This document shows, in pieces, positions 9,095 to 18,077 of a stretch of 64,000 nt of DNA. The translations under genes were made by a program, and so were the position numbers. Source of the stretch: an uncultured virus (IMG/VR IMGVR_UViG_3300027747_004168) (lineage: Duplodnaviria; Heunggongvirae; Uroviricota; Caudoviricetes); the IMG/VR virus record IMGVR_UViG_3300027747_004168; one strand, written 5' to 3'. Each line of letters opens with the position of its first letter. The stretch's first letter is position 1. The notes below the pieces were generated by a model that saw nothing but the letters and a program-made list of their open reading frames with translations, made no database searches and had not been told where the DNA came from.

Positions 9095-10128
9095 GGCTCA
9101 CATCAGAGCAACGGCATGTCCTCTCCGAGGTCGTGAGGCTCCCCAAGGGCGAGATCACGATAGGGGGCCGGGCCGGCACGGGCAAGACCACCGTCATACG
9201 TCATCTTGCCGGGCTGCTTCCGAGGTTCGCCGTGTGCGCCTACACGGGCAAGGCCGTCAATGTCCTTCGCGGCAAGGGCGTGGAGGCCAGAACCATCCAC
9301 AGCCTCATATACAAGGCCTACACGGACGACGAAGGCAAGGTCTATTTTTCGCTTGCCCGCGACCTGGACTGCGAGGGCATAATAGTGGACGAGGCGAGCA
9401 TGGTCGGCAGGTCGATATACGAGGACCTGAGGAACTTCCGCGTGCCTCTTGTCTTCGTCGGCGACCACGGCCAGCTCGAGCCGGTGGGCGACGACTTCAA
9501 CCTCATGAGGGAGCCGGATCACAGGCTGGAGACGATCCACAGGAACGCCGGCGAGATAGCGCACTTCGCCGATTATGTGCGACAGGGATACCGGCCGTCC
9601 AGCTGGGGCGTTCGCAACGGATCGAGCGACAAGATAAGTTTCCTGCCTCGGGGGCGGTGGCGGGATGTGGCCCCCGTGGCCGACCAGGCGATATGCGCCT
9701 ACAACAAGACTCGGGCCGAGATAAACACTACGGTGCGGTCCATCGCGGGCCGAGGCGTAGGCCCCGAGCCCGGCGACAGGGTCATGTGCCTGCGCAACGA
9801 CTCCAGGCTCGGCCTGTTCAACGGGATGCAGGGGGTCATATCCTCCATTTACGCCGGCGACTTCATGGAGTTCGAGCACGAGGGCGGAGCGTGCGAGGTT
9901 CAGTTCGATCCGAATGTGTTTGGTCAGGTCAAATACGATTTCGAGGGCGGGCGGGACGCCCCGATGCCGTTCGACTACTCATACGCCGCCACCTGCCACA
10001 AATGCCAGGGGTCAGAGTGGGACTCCGTCCTGGTGCTGGAGCAGAAGTGCGACCTCTGGGACCACCGGAGATGGGCCTACACCGCCGCGAGCAGGGCAAG
10101 GGAGAAGGTCTACTGGTGTGAGTCCTAG
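9091..10128 (+). CDS. SF1B helicase (Dda/RecD-like)
   Basis: GRAGTGKT, VDEASMV, VGDHGQL, TCHKCQGSEW, YTAASRA. Confidence 0.9.
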   Translation: MRLTSEQRHVLSEVVRLPKGEITIGGRAGTGKTTVIRHLAGLLPRFAVCAYTGKAVNVLRGKGVEARTIHSLIYKAYTDDEGKVYFSLARDLDCEGIIVDEASMVGRSIYEDLRNFRVPLVFVGDHGQLEPVGDDFNLMREPDHRLETIHRNAGEIAHFADYVRQGYRPSSWGVRNGSSDKISFLPRGRWRDVAPVADQAICAYNKTRAEINTTVRSIAGRGVGPEPGDRVMCLRNDSRLGLFNGMQGVISSIYAGDFMEFEHEGGACEVQFDPNVFGQVKYDFEGGRDAPMPFDYSYAATCHKCQGSEWDSVLVLEQKCDLWDHRRWAYTAASRAREKVYWCES

Positions 10129-10132
10129 TTGA

Positions 10133-10819
10133 TCAATACCCGTACCGCTTCATCATTTCCTCGAGGTCGCTCCTTATGACGGAGGACTCCAGGTCTTCTG
10201 GAGACCATTCGTTGTGCATTCCGAATGAATTGCAGCTGGTGTTCTCGTATGTGTGTCCCTCGTAGCCGAGGAGTTTCTTGACATCGGACACGTCGTCCTC
10301 TATTCGGTGACGGATCACCGCTTTGCCGCTTTCCTCTATCATCCTGTTCCAACCTACGTAGAAGAGGCACGCCCTGTCCAGCTGGCTCATTTCCCCCCCT
10401 AGTTCGGGCAATTTGTCATAGATGAACTTCTCGTACCTGTTGTGCTCCGGGAGGTCCTCGAAGTAGGACGGGCCCTTGTCGGCGAAGTTCTTGAAGGCTC
10501 CTCCTGTCATGGAGGCCACCACGCCGATCGGGCTCCTCACCACATGTATCACGGGGCAATTGATCCTCTTCAGGAAGGGGGCCGCCATGAAGCTGGAGTC
10601 CGCGACAAGCTCCACCTCGTAGTCGGAAAGGTTGTCCCCCCTAGATATGAGGCTGTTCCTTGGGAACCTGCGGTCCATCATCACGAGGACGGCCCAGTCC
10701 ATCCCCCGCACCGTGAATATGGCCTCGTGGCCGCAAGGCAGGCGCATGCTCGTGAGCAAGTTGGCCATGAATAGCGTCCCGCACCGACCCGTCCCGGTCA
10801 CGACATATTGCAGTTCCAT
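10133..10819 (-). CDS. sulfotransferase-like P-loop protein
   Basis: VTGTGRCGT 5'-PSB-like loop, HE, IHVVRSP...S 3'-PB-like motif, RIED. Confidence 0.7.
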   Translation of the reverse strand: MELQYVVTGTGRCGTLFMANLLTSMRLPCGHEAIFTVRGMDWAVLVMMDRRFPRNSLISRGDNLSDYEVELVADSSFMAAPFLKRINCPVIHVVRSPIGVVASMTGGAFKNFADKGPSYFEDLPEHNRYEKFIYDKLPELGGEMSQLDRACLFYVGWNRMIEESGKAVIRHRIEDDVSDVKKLLGYEGHTYENTSCNSFGMHNEWSPEDLESSVIRSDLEEMMKRYGY

Positions 10820-10823
10820 GAGC

Positions 10824-10833
10824 TAGTATACTA
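10824..10833. promoter_or_regulatory. palindromic shared -10 element between divergent genes
   Basis: TAGTATACTA reads TATACT on both strands, 4-5 nt before each ATG. Confidence 0.55.
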
Positions 10834-10836
10834 TTA

Positions 10837-11865
10837 ATGTACGACCTAGAGATTCTTGTCCCGTTTTCCAGCAGGCTCCTCCCCAGGGTGGACAGCTTCA
10901 AGAATTTCGGCCTCATCAACCTGGCCGACAGGAAAGTCCTCTTGAACATCCTGCTGAGTAACGACGACATACCAGACATCGAAACCGGGTGGCACGAGAA
11001 TATAACGACCAACATCGTCAGGAAGTCGAACCCCTGCCACGTCGCCAACCTGTACGGCTTCTACGCGGACATGAATGCGGACAGGCTGGAGTCCAGATGG
11101 TTCGCGAGGATGGACGACGACACATGCACGGACGTGGACAACTTGATCTCCAGCCTGGATTTCATGTACGAATGGCAGAGCCCATTCCACCTTGGAGACC
11201 TAAACAGGATGGCCGATGCGATGTCTTCGAACGAGGGCTACCTCTACCCGGAGTACAGGCACCTCGTCGGGGAGTACGACAGGGTTGTGCCATTCATGAG
11301 AAACGAGGTGGAGTGCGGCATCACCTCGCGAGCCGGCCTGGTCCGCATTCTGGGCACGGAGAGGTCGAGGCGTCTGCTCGAGTTTCGCGCAGGCCTTACC
11401 GGGGGCTTCGGCGACTGCGTGGTCGCGATCGCGGCGGTCATGGCCGGAGTCCACCCCCTGCAATGCCCGTTCATAACTCACGAGCCACGCATCCAGGAGT
11501 TCAGTTCGCTGGGCGGCATCTACAGCCACATACATATGATCGCCCCCGACGGCGAGAATTTCGCGGCCAATCGAAGGGCGTCTTCGCTGGCGATGGAGCT
11601 TCTGTTCAAGTCCATCCTGAAGTCGCCGTCGGAAAAGGAGAAGATGGTCATGGGATCCCGCTACCTGATGGAGTCCGAGGATCGCATCGACGTGTACGAG
11701 TTCAGGCCGAATTACTCGCTGAAGATCAAGTTCAAGAAGAGGGCGAGAGGATGGCTGGAGCGCGACGGCCAGATTGTCGTGGTCAACGACGGCGGCATCG
11801 AACACAAGTTCGACATCGAGGATAACGGCGACCTTTCGGGCGACTTTTACCTCCGCAGGCTCTGA
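10837..11865 (+). CDS. GT-A fold glycosyltransferase-like (Fringe/GT31-like), paralog 1
   Basis: WFARMDDDTCTDVDNL resembles the GT31 DDD motif; colinear similarity to 22955..23992. Confidence 0.6.
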   Translation: MYDLEILVPFSSRLLPRVDSFKNFGLINLADRKVLLNILLSNDDIPDIETGWHENITTNIVRKSNPCHVANLYGFYADMNADRLESRWFARMDDDTCTDVDNLISSLDFMYEWQSPFHLGDLNRMADAMSSNEGYLYPEYRHLVGEYDRVVPFMRNEVECGITSRAGLVRILGTERSRRLLEFRAGLTGGFGDCVVAIAAVMAGVHPLQCPFITHEPRIQEFSSLGGIYSHIHMIAPDGENFAANRRASSLAMELLFKSILKSPSEKEKMVMGSRYLMESEDRIDVYEFRPNYSLKIKFKKRARGWLERDGQIVVVNDGGIEHKFDIEDNGDLSGDFYLRRL

Positions 11866-11866
11866 A

Positions 11867-13045
11867 TCAGTTCTTGGTGAGGTCGTGCTTTCGGGAGTCC
11901 CTCATCAGATTGGCCAGATTGTCCTTCTCCGCGTTCTTCCTGGCCTTGTCCAGGAGAAGCTCCTGGTCGCAGTGGTCGCTGGGGTTGAGGCCCTTCGTGT
12001 TCGCGCACCACCCCCAGCACAGCCCTATGACGGGGCACTGCTTGCACTTGGGGTCGTTGAGAACGGAGAAGGACTCCCTGATTATCCTCTCGTGGTTCTC
12101 CGCCATCTTGCTTATCGGGTCGGTGAGCTTGCCGAGGAGGTTCTTGCCGTTGGCCTCGAAGTAGTCGCAGAACACGTGGTTGGAGTTGTCCACCACGAAG
12201 TTCACCATGTGCCTGTACTTGCAGCATGGCTTGTTTCTTGCGTTCACCCGGTGGACTTCTATGAACTCGGCATCTAGCTTGGGATTGTGCTTGGTTGGGC
12301 AAACGAACCCGGGTATTATTTTTTCGAACCTAACCCCGCACATGAGCAGAACCTTGTAAAACTCGACAAGGTTCTGCTTAGTCATGTGCTCCTCGTTGAG
12401 GCTGGCCTGCACGGTGATCTTGTCTCGCATTCCGGCGGCCACAAGTTTCTCTATCGTATTTATGGTCGTCTTGAATGGGTTCCCATCCCCGGTTATAGAC
12501 TTCCTCTGGAGGTTGTGAATATATTCGGGGCCGTCAAGGCTGATTATGAAAGAGTCCAAAGCGGAGAAGAATTCGACGGCCTTGTCGTCGCACAAGGTTC
12601 CGTTGGATGCCGCAGAAAACCTTATGCGAAGGCCAGGGATTTGCTTCATGGCTCTTATGAGCCCCACGTTTTTTTCCGCACGAAGGGCTGGCTCGCCTCC
12701 TATGAACTGCACTGTGCCGTTGTTGATAGACGGATATTCGGCGACAAGCCTTTGTACGAAACCCACGAGCATATCGTTGTCTATTTCACGCTTGTCGTTT
12801 TTGAGCAACTCGTGGAGCACAAAACAGTGGCCGCACCGCAGGTTGCACTCCCAGGTTGGGATGATGTCGATGGAGAAATTGGTCTTTTTCTTGCCGAACA
12901 GGAAGTGGTCTACGCTGTCCTGCTCCTGACCCTCGAGAAAAAAGTTCTCCCTAAGCTGCTCTTCGGTAGAGCCTTTAGGGAGGAACTTCTTGGTTGTCAG
13001 ATTGACTAGGCCGTCCGACTCCTCGAATACAAAATGATTTAACAT
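11867..13045 (-). CDS. radical SAM enzyme with SPASM domain (peptide maturase-like)
   Basis: CNLRCGHC, GGEP, SNGT, ISLDG..HN..R; SPASM motif CKQCPVIGLCWGWC...C. Start at MLNHF overlaps the upstream stop. Confidence 0.9.
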   Translation of the reverse strand: MLNHFVFEESDGLVNLTTKKFLPKGSTEEQLRENFFLEGQEQDSVDHFLFGKKKTNFSIDIIPTWECNLRCGHCFVLHELLKNDKREIDNDMLVGFVQRLVAEYPSINNGTVQFIGGEPALRAEKNVGLIRAMKQIPGLRIRFSAASNGTLCDDKAVEFFSALDSFIISLDGPEYIHNLQRKSITGDGNPFKTTINTIEKLVAAGMRDKITVQASLNEEHMTKQNLVEFYKVLLMCGVRFEKIIPGFVCPTKHNPKLDAEFIEVHRVNARNKPCCKYRHMVNFVVDNSNHVFCDYFEANGKNLLGKLTDPISKMAENHERIIRESFSVLNDPKCKQCPVIGLCWGWCANTKGLNPSDHCDQELLLDKARKNAEKDNLANLMRDSRKHDLTKN

Positions 13046-13233
13046 ACGCAGCAGTTGCAGCAAAGTCCAAATTCGTCGCAAGTTCCGTCGCATGGAGACG
13101 TTCCGCCGCCGGCATTGTTGGCGTTTGCTTGTGACGAACTGGCCTGTGTGCCACTGGCCATCCTCGCCTCTATCTTGTCGATGTTCTTCTCGATCACGGC
13201 GATCGCTTCTTCTTCGGTCATGAAACTCGGCAT
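13039..13233 (-). CDS. putative Cys-rich RiPP precursor peptide
   Basis: 64 aa: helical leader, S/A/N linker, GGG, core TSPCDGTCDEFGLCCNCCVC; GAGGGAG SD; stop overlaps the rSAM start. Confidence 0.7.
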   Translation of the reverse strand: MPSFMTEEEAIAVIEKNIDKIEARMASGTQASSSQANANNAGGGTSPCDGTCDEFGLCCNCCVC

Positions 13234-13247
13234 TTTTTCTCCCTCGG

Positions 13248-14363
13248 CTATTTTAGCCTGAATTCTTTCGCCTCCACATGGGCGGAACGCCAGAAGCAGT
13301 ACCTTTTGCTTCCGACCTCAAAGTATCTATTGAAATCTACCGACATTTCGAAGCCCGAAAAGAATGAATTCAGGAGCTCCAAGTCTCCATCGTTCTTCTG
13401 CCCGACCGGAGTCATGAAGACCGTCACTCTGCCCATCTCGTCCTGGTGGATTTGGAGCGTCGCGTACCGCCCTTTCAGACGACCGCGGAGGGGGGAAAAA
13501 TCCACACCTCTCCCGTCCAGTCCTAGTATAGTGTTTTTTCTGTGGAAGCCTATCTGCATCGGAACGAAAGCGCGTCCGCACGAGCACCGACCCGGAGGCT
13601 CTAGGTGCACACTGTCCGATCCGTCCCTTTCGGCCGCCGTGTTTAGTAGGTTGATGCACCCGCCGCACGACTGGAACATGGGCAGAAAGTGTTTGGCTCC
13701 CGCCTCGCAGGTGTAGAAGTTGAGGCCGCTGGACCAGTTGATCATCTGGTCGCGAATTAGGAATTCGTCGTTACGGAAAAGCATCTCGAAGTCGCTGTTG
13801 ACGAGGAAAGATATCCTGTCCCTGTTTTCCTCGCACAAGTGGTTGAAAGAAGGGTTGCTGAAGAGCATGTTCCAAACATCGGGGAATGCGCTCAAGCTAA
13901 CCTTTCCACGCTCGCCGTGTATGCCTTTTATGTGGCGGAACAGATCGTGGAGTTGGTCGTCCTCCAGCAGGTTTCCGCTCGCGTCGTAGTGCCTCTTGTT
14001 GTTGTCCACCTCTGTTATGGAGAGCCCGTTCGGCGGCCGCCCGGAGCCTATGCGACAGCACAGCATTATGGACGGCCCGCAGTAGAGTGCCCGCAGGAAG
14101 GGCTCGATGTGGCCGGCCCAGCGGGCGAAGTGGGGGCGGAACTCGTACGTTCTCTGGACGCCCCTCGTCGAGCCGTTCGTGCGGAGGAACTCCGCCCCGT
14201 CCGCCTGCGGATTCGCCCGCTCGTGTATTCTCGCCATCTCGAGGATGTCGGCGTCGTAACCGGCGAAGTCGTACGAAAGCATGGCTCCGAAGAGTTCGTC
14301 GACGCTCCCCTCGTCCTGGCTTTCAATGTATCGGGCGTATGATTCTACTATATTGGACACCAA
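13248..14363 (-). CDS. adenylate-forming ligase-like protein (PaaK/CapK-like), divergent
   Basis: RTNGSTRG loop (cf. TSGSTG), FYTCEAG..H, GRCSCGR, QIHQ. Confidence 0.6.
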   Translation of the reverse strand: MVSNIVESYARYIESQDEGSVDELFGAMLSYDFAGYDADILEMARIHERANPQADGAEFLRTNGSTRGVQRTYEFRPHFARWAGHIEPFLRALYCGPSIMLCCRIGSGRPPNGLSITEVDNNKRHYDASGNLLEDDQLHDLFRHIKGIHGERGKVSLSAFPDVWNMLFSNPSFNHLCEENRDRISFLVNSDFEMLFRNDEFLIRDQMINWSSGLNFYTCEAGAKHFLPMFQSCGGCINLLNTAAERDGSDSVHLEPPGRCSCGRAFVPMQIGFHRKNTILGLDGRGVDFSPLRGRLKGRYATLQIHQDEMGRVTVFMTPVGQKNDGDLELLNSFFSGFEMSVDFNRYFEVGSKRYCFWRSAHVEAKEFRLK

Positions 14364-14370
14364 CTATCAT

Positions 14371-15132
14371 ATGCCAAAGAAGATTTTTTTGAGACCCTTG
14401 AACGTCGAGGGCTCCGTGGAGCACTACTTCCACTTTCTGTTCGGCTACCTAATCCCCTTCCTGCGGAACATGCCGCCGCACGACGGGAACACCTACCTGT
14501 TCAGGGACTGCGGCCCCTTGATGAACCCCATTCTCCTTTCGCTGCCCGGCTACGATGCGAAGTTGCTGGGGAGGGACAAGCCAGACTGCGCATTGGGGTT
14601 CCCTGGCCACGACAACGTGGATTTCCCGGGCATGGACATGCCATCCGTCAGAGATATGCTCGTGGGCATTTTCGGTGCCGTCGCCACTCCGAGCAAGGAA
14701 GTTCTCGTCGTGGACAGGGCCGAACCGCACCCGTTCTACGAATCCAAGGCCGAGATCAAGAACTCCGGGAGGTCAAGGAGGAGCGTGCCGAACATGGGCG
14801 AGGTTTTCGAATCAATAAGGGGTTCGATGCCCGCGAGGCTGGTTGTCCTGGAGGGAATGACGCTTCGCGACCAGATAGAGCTCTTCCTTTCGCACAATAC
14901 CTTCGTCATGCAGCACGGGGCGTCCATGGCGAATCTGCTTTTTGCGCGGAGGGGTTCGATTGTCCTCGAGTTCAGGAGCGACGAAACCAGGGACTTCTAT
15001 GCAAGGATGATCTCTTCGCTCGGCCTGCGCCGCTCGTGGCTTCGTCAGGATCACGACCACGCCGCAGTCGACCCCGAGGAGGCCCTTGCTCTCCTCAAGA
15101 AAACGATGAGGTCGTCCATCGCCCTGCTGTGA
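14371..15132 (+). CDS. GT61 (DUF563) glycosyltransferase
   Basis: HYFHFL, RRSVPN, LEGMTLRDQI, HGASMANLLF...VLE. Confidence 0.8.
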   Translation: MPKKIFLRPLNVEGSVEHYFHFLFGYLIPFLRNMPPHDGNTYLFRDCGPLMNPILLSLPGYDAKLLGRDKPDCALGFPGHDNVDFPGMDMPSVRDMLVGIFGAVATPSKEVLVVDRAEPHPFYESKAEIKNSGRSRRSVPNMGEVFESIRGSMPARLVVLEGMTLRDQIELFLSHNTFVMQHGASMANLLFARRGSIVLEFRSDETRDFYARMISSLGLRRSWLRQDHDHAAVDPEEALALLKKTMRSSIALL

Positions 15133-15135
15133 CCT

Positions 15136-15867
15136 TCATAGCACCATCTTGTTGTTGTGGTCGGGGTGGCCCTTGATCCTCCACTTCCGCAGAAACCTGT
15201 TGAGGTTTCTCTGGCTCGTGTTTCGGTACTTGTCGAAGCCCACTATCTCGCCAGCCTCCATGGTCTCCTTTTCGTGGTGGAGATGAATCTCGTCCCCGCC
15301 CATCCAAACCGCCTCCATCCCCACTCTCGCGATGTTGTAGGTCATGTCGTTGTCCGCGAAGCCGTACCCGACGAACCTCTCATCCATGCCTCCGGCAAGC
15401 AAGTAGTCCTCCTTCATGAAGGTCGTGTTCCCGGAGAACAGGTTCTTCCTCCTTATCTCGCAATCCCTGGACTTCATCTCGACATGGTGGTCCAAATTGC
15501 CCGAATCGATCTCTTCGTCCGTGTGAGGCCGCGTAAGGTTCAGCATCCTTTCGCACGAGTAGAAAGCGCCCCTTCTGGCCACGCTAGAAACCTCGCCGAA
15601 ATACCCGGCAGGGAGGATGCGGTCGCTGTCGAGTATTGCGACAATGTCCCCCGAGGCCTTCTCCACGCCGAAGTTGCACATCGCGGGCTTCCTGTAGTCG
15701 GACATCTCCATGTTGTACAGACGGCAGTTGTCGAACCGTTCGTCAGTTCTGTCGTTGCACACGAGTATCACCTCGCGGATGCACCTCTCTCTCTTAAAGA
15801 GCATTCGAAGAGACTGACGGAGGTTTTCGGACCTCCTGCTGTGGAAGTAGTAAACGAAAGAAATCAT
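15136..15867 (-). CDS. GT2/GT7C-type glycosyltransferase
   Basis: EVILV, NFGVEKASGD..AILDSD, GGMDERFVGYGFADND, HLHH. Confidence 0.85.
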   Translation of the reverse strand: MISFVYYFHSRRSENLRQSLRMLFKRERCIREVILVCNDRTDERFDNCRLYNMEMSDYRKPAMCNFGVEKASGDIVAILDSDRILPAGYFGEVSSVARRGAFYSCERMLNLTRPHTDEEIDSGNLDHHVEMKSRDCEIRRKNLFSGNTTFMKEDYLLAGGMDERFVGYGFADNDMTYNIARVGMEAVWMGGDEIHLHHEKETMEAGEIVGFDKYRNTSQRNLNRFLRKWRIKGHPDHNNKMVL

Positions 15868-15902
15868 GATTCCCTCGGGATATGGCACACTATGATAGGT
15901 GC

Positions 15903-16790
15903 ATGAGAAGCAAACTAGAGAGAATCAGGGAGATCGTTGACGAGCTACTCGCGGAAATCTCCGCACACGACGCGCCCCCGGAGGACGCCCCTGGAGATGA
16001 GTTTTTGGCCCTGCGACGCCTGCTAGAGTCGGACGAGTGGCCCGAAGCGGTGCCTCCGGGGCACATCGCCGACGACGGCTCGGAGGCGGACAAGGAGGAG
16101 AGGGCCGAGGGCATATCCGACCTGTTGCTCCCTCCGATCCCGAACAAGAGGTTCCTCGATCTCGGTTGCGGCGAGGGCCATGTAGTGAAGTACGCCTCCA
16201 AGGACTCGGCGGTTTCTGTCGGCTACGACATCAGAAAGCCCGAGGGGTCTCCGTTCCGATGGGAGGAGGAAGAGGGTCGGATGCTCCTCACGACGGACTT
16301 CGAGAAGGTGCGAGCCAGAGGGCCCTACGACGTGGTTCTGATGTACGACGTTCTGGATCACGCGGAGGAGGAGACGATGGACGAGCTTCTGGAGCGCGCG
16401 GCGTCCGTGTTGAAGCCCGACGGCTCCATACACCTCAGGTGCCACCCTTGGTGCGGACGTCACGGCGGCCACGCGTTCAGGTCGATCAACAAGGCCTTTC
16501 TTCACCTCGTGTTCGACAACTATGAGATGGGCGATCTAGGCGTGTCTTGTCCGCATCACGCGAGGGTCCTCTACCCCATCGACACCTACAACGAGATGAT
16601 AGCGCGCGCCGGGCTGGTCAGCGTTTCGGACGTCGAGATAGAAACGCAGGATGTGGAGGGCTTCTTCGAGGAAAACCCGATCGTGAGAGACAGGATATTG
16701 AGGACTTTCGGACTGGGGGCCTGGGGAGAAAGCCCGCCCAGGTTCCAGATGTCGCAGTGCTTCTTGGATTTTGTATTGAAGAAACCGTGA
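15903..16790 (+). CDS. class I SAM-dependent methyltransferase
   Basis: FLDLGCGEG, YDVVLMYDVLDH, LKPDG. Confidence 0.85.
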   Translation: MRSKLERIREIVDELLAEISAHDAPPEDAPGDEFLALRRLLESDEWPEAVPPGHIADDGSEADKEERAEGISDLLLPPIPNKRFLDLGCGEGHVVKYASKDSAVSVGYDIRKPEGSPFRWEEEEGRMLLTTDFEKVRARGPYDVVLMYDVLDHAEEETMDELLERAASVLKPDGSIHLRCHPWCGRHGGHAFRSINKAFLHLVFDNYEMGDLGVSCPHHARVLYPIDTYNEMIARAGLVSVSDVEIETQDVEGFFEENPIVRDRILRTFGLGAWGESPPRFQMSQCFLDFVLKKP

Positions 16791-16809
16791 TCGGACGCGC
16801 GCAAAATGA

Positions 16810-16844
16810 AGGAGGCCGGACTTTTGATCCGGCCTCCTCTTTTT
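16810..16844. terminator. intrinsic terminator between convergent genes
   Basis: 11-bp stem AGGAGGCCGGA/TCCGGCCTCCT followed by CTTTTT. Confidence 0.75.
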
Positions 16845-16869
16845 CAAATCCCGTCTGCCCGCTTTTGGA

Positions 16870-17088
16870 CTAGAAGAGCCTCTGGCTGCAGATTGTTATC
16901 GCCGGGAGCCAAGCCCCGGACTTTCCGCTGCAGAGTTGGTTGAGCCTCGGGCAGTCGGCCAGGAAGTACTTCCAGCCACCGCACAGCTTGTTGATCCTGC
17001 TGTTCGATCTGGCACAGTTCTGCCTGAGAGTGGTGAGAGCGCCGACGGTCTCGCCCCTAGCCGGGGGCTTGCGACAATAGAAAGCCAT
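16870..17088 (-). CDS. small Cys-rich protein homologous to the N-terminus of 49866..52718
   Basis: Strong AAGGAGG SD; CGGW...C...C.GKSGAWLPA...C motif shared with the giant protein. Confidence 0.75.
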   Translation of the reverse strand: MAFYCRKPPARGETVGALTTLRQNCARSNSRINKLCGGWKYFLADCPRLNQLCSGKSGAWLPAITICSQRLF

Positions 17089-17191
17089 ATGGTTATCCTC
17101 CTTGTTTGGAACCGGTTCCGCATTTATTTATCGGCTGCGGGGTTCAAACAGGGAGTCCATCGGACGAAAATGATTCCTTGGATCGTCCTAT

Positions 17192-18001
17192 TCAGGACGC
17201 CCTTCTTGCGACTCGCCTGATGTCATCTATGCACCTCTGCCTATTCCCTTCCATGACCTCCCTGGTCTCCGGCTGCGTTTCCCACATGTACTTCACGGTC
17301 GAACCGCCGTGGTGGCGCACCCATGCCTTGGTCGACACGCCCTGCAGAAGACCGCGGGACCTCATCCGGTGCGCGAGTTCCTCGTCCTCGTACCACGCGT
17401 ACGGGTACTCCTTGATGAAGCCCCCGATGTGACGGAACAGCTCGCGGTTGCACATGGCGCAGAACAGCGGGAGCGTCTCGTTCTTCAGGATGATGTCATC
17501 ATCCCCCTTGTCCAGCCTGCCGGCCTTCAGGAGGTCGCAGTCCCCGGGGTTGTCAGACCTAGCCGACACGATCTTCACTGGCTTGCCCTCGCTCTTCCAG
17601 CGCAGAAGCGACTGGCCCATGTTTATCATGAAGTTGGGGTCTTCGACCACGCAGTCGGAGTGCATGAATAGAACCCATGGCTGTTCGGTCGCCTCGAAGC
17701 CCACGCGCAGGGACCCTCCGAAGCCCATTTGCTTCTCGTTGCGGATGTACTGGAGCTGTGGCTTGAAGCCCTCCGGGGTTCCCTTGAGGAACTCCTTTCT
17801 GACCTCCTCGCCGAAGTTGGTGTTGTCCGAGCAGTCGTCCACCAGAGTGATCTGGTACGGATTGCTCTTGACGGACATCACTATTGACCTGACCAGCGCC
17901 GAAACCCTGTCGTATTGTGCGTGGAAAGGTACGATTATGTCGACCGGGGAACGGGAGAAAGGAGCCAGCCCGATCGGTCTTGCCATGCGGTTTGTGTCCA
18001 T
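17192..18001 (-). CDS. GT2 family glycosyltransferase
   Basis: VDIIVPF, LVDDCS, GFGG, HSD, IGGF..Y...YEDEEL, VRHHGG. Confidence 0.9.
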   Translation of the reverse strand: MDTNRMARPIGLAPFSRSPVDIIVPFHAQYDRVSALVRSIVMSVKSNPYQITLVDDCSDNTNFGEEVRKEFLKGTPEGFKPQLQYIRNEKQMGFGGSLRVGFEATEQPWVLFMHSDCVVEDPNFMINMGQSLLRWKSEGKPVKIVSARSDNPGDCDLLKAGRLDKGDDDIILKNETLPLFCAMCNRELFRHIGGFIKEYPYAWYEDEELAHRMRSRGLLQGVSTKAWVRHHGGSTVKYMWETQPETREVMEGNRQRCIDDIRRVARRAS

Positions 18002-18022
18002 GGATTATTCTAGTCGGGACAC

Positions 18023-18049
18023 AAAAAAACCCGCCCCTTTCGGGGCGGG
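18023..18049 (-). terminator. intrinsic terminator
   Basis: CCCGCCCC/GGGGCGGG stem with GAAA loop and U7 on the minus strand. Confidence 0.85.
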
Positions 18050-18077
18050 CTCTTGTGCGTCTGCCTGTACGGGGGGT

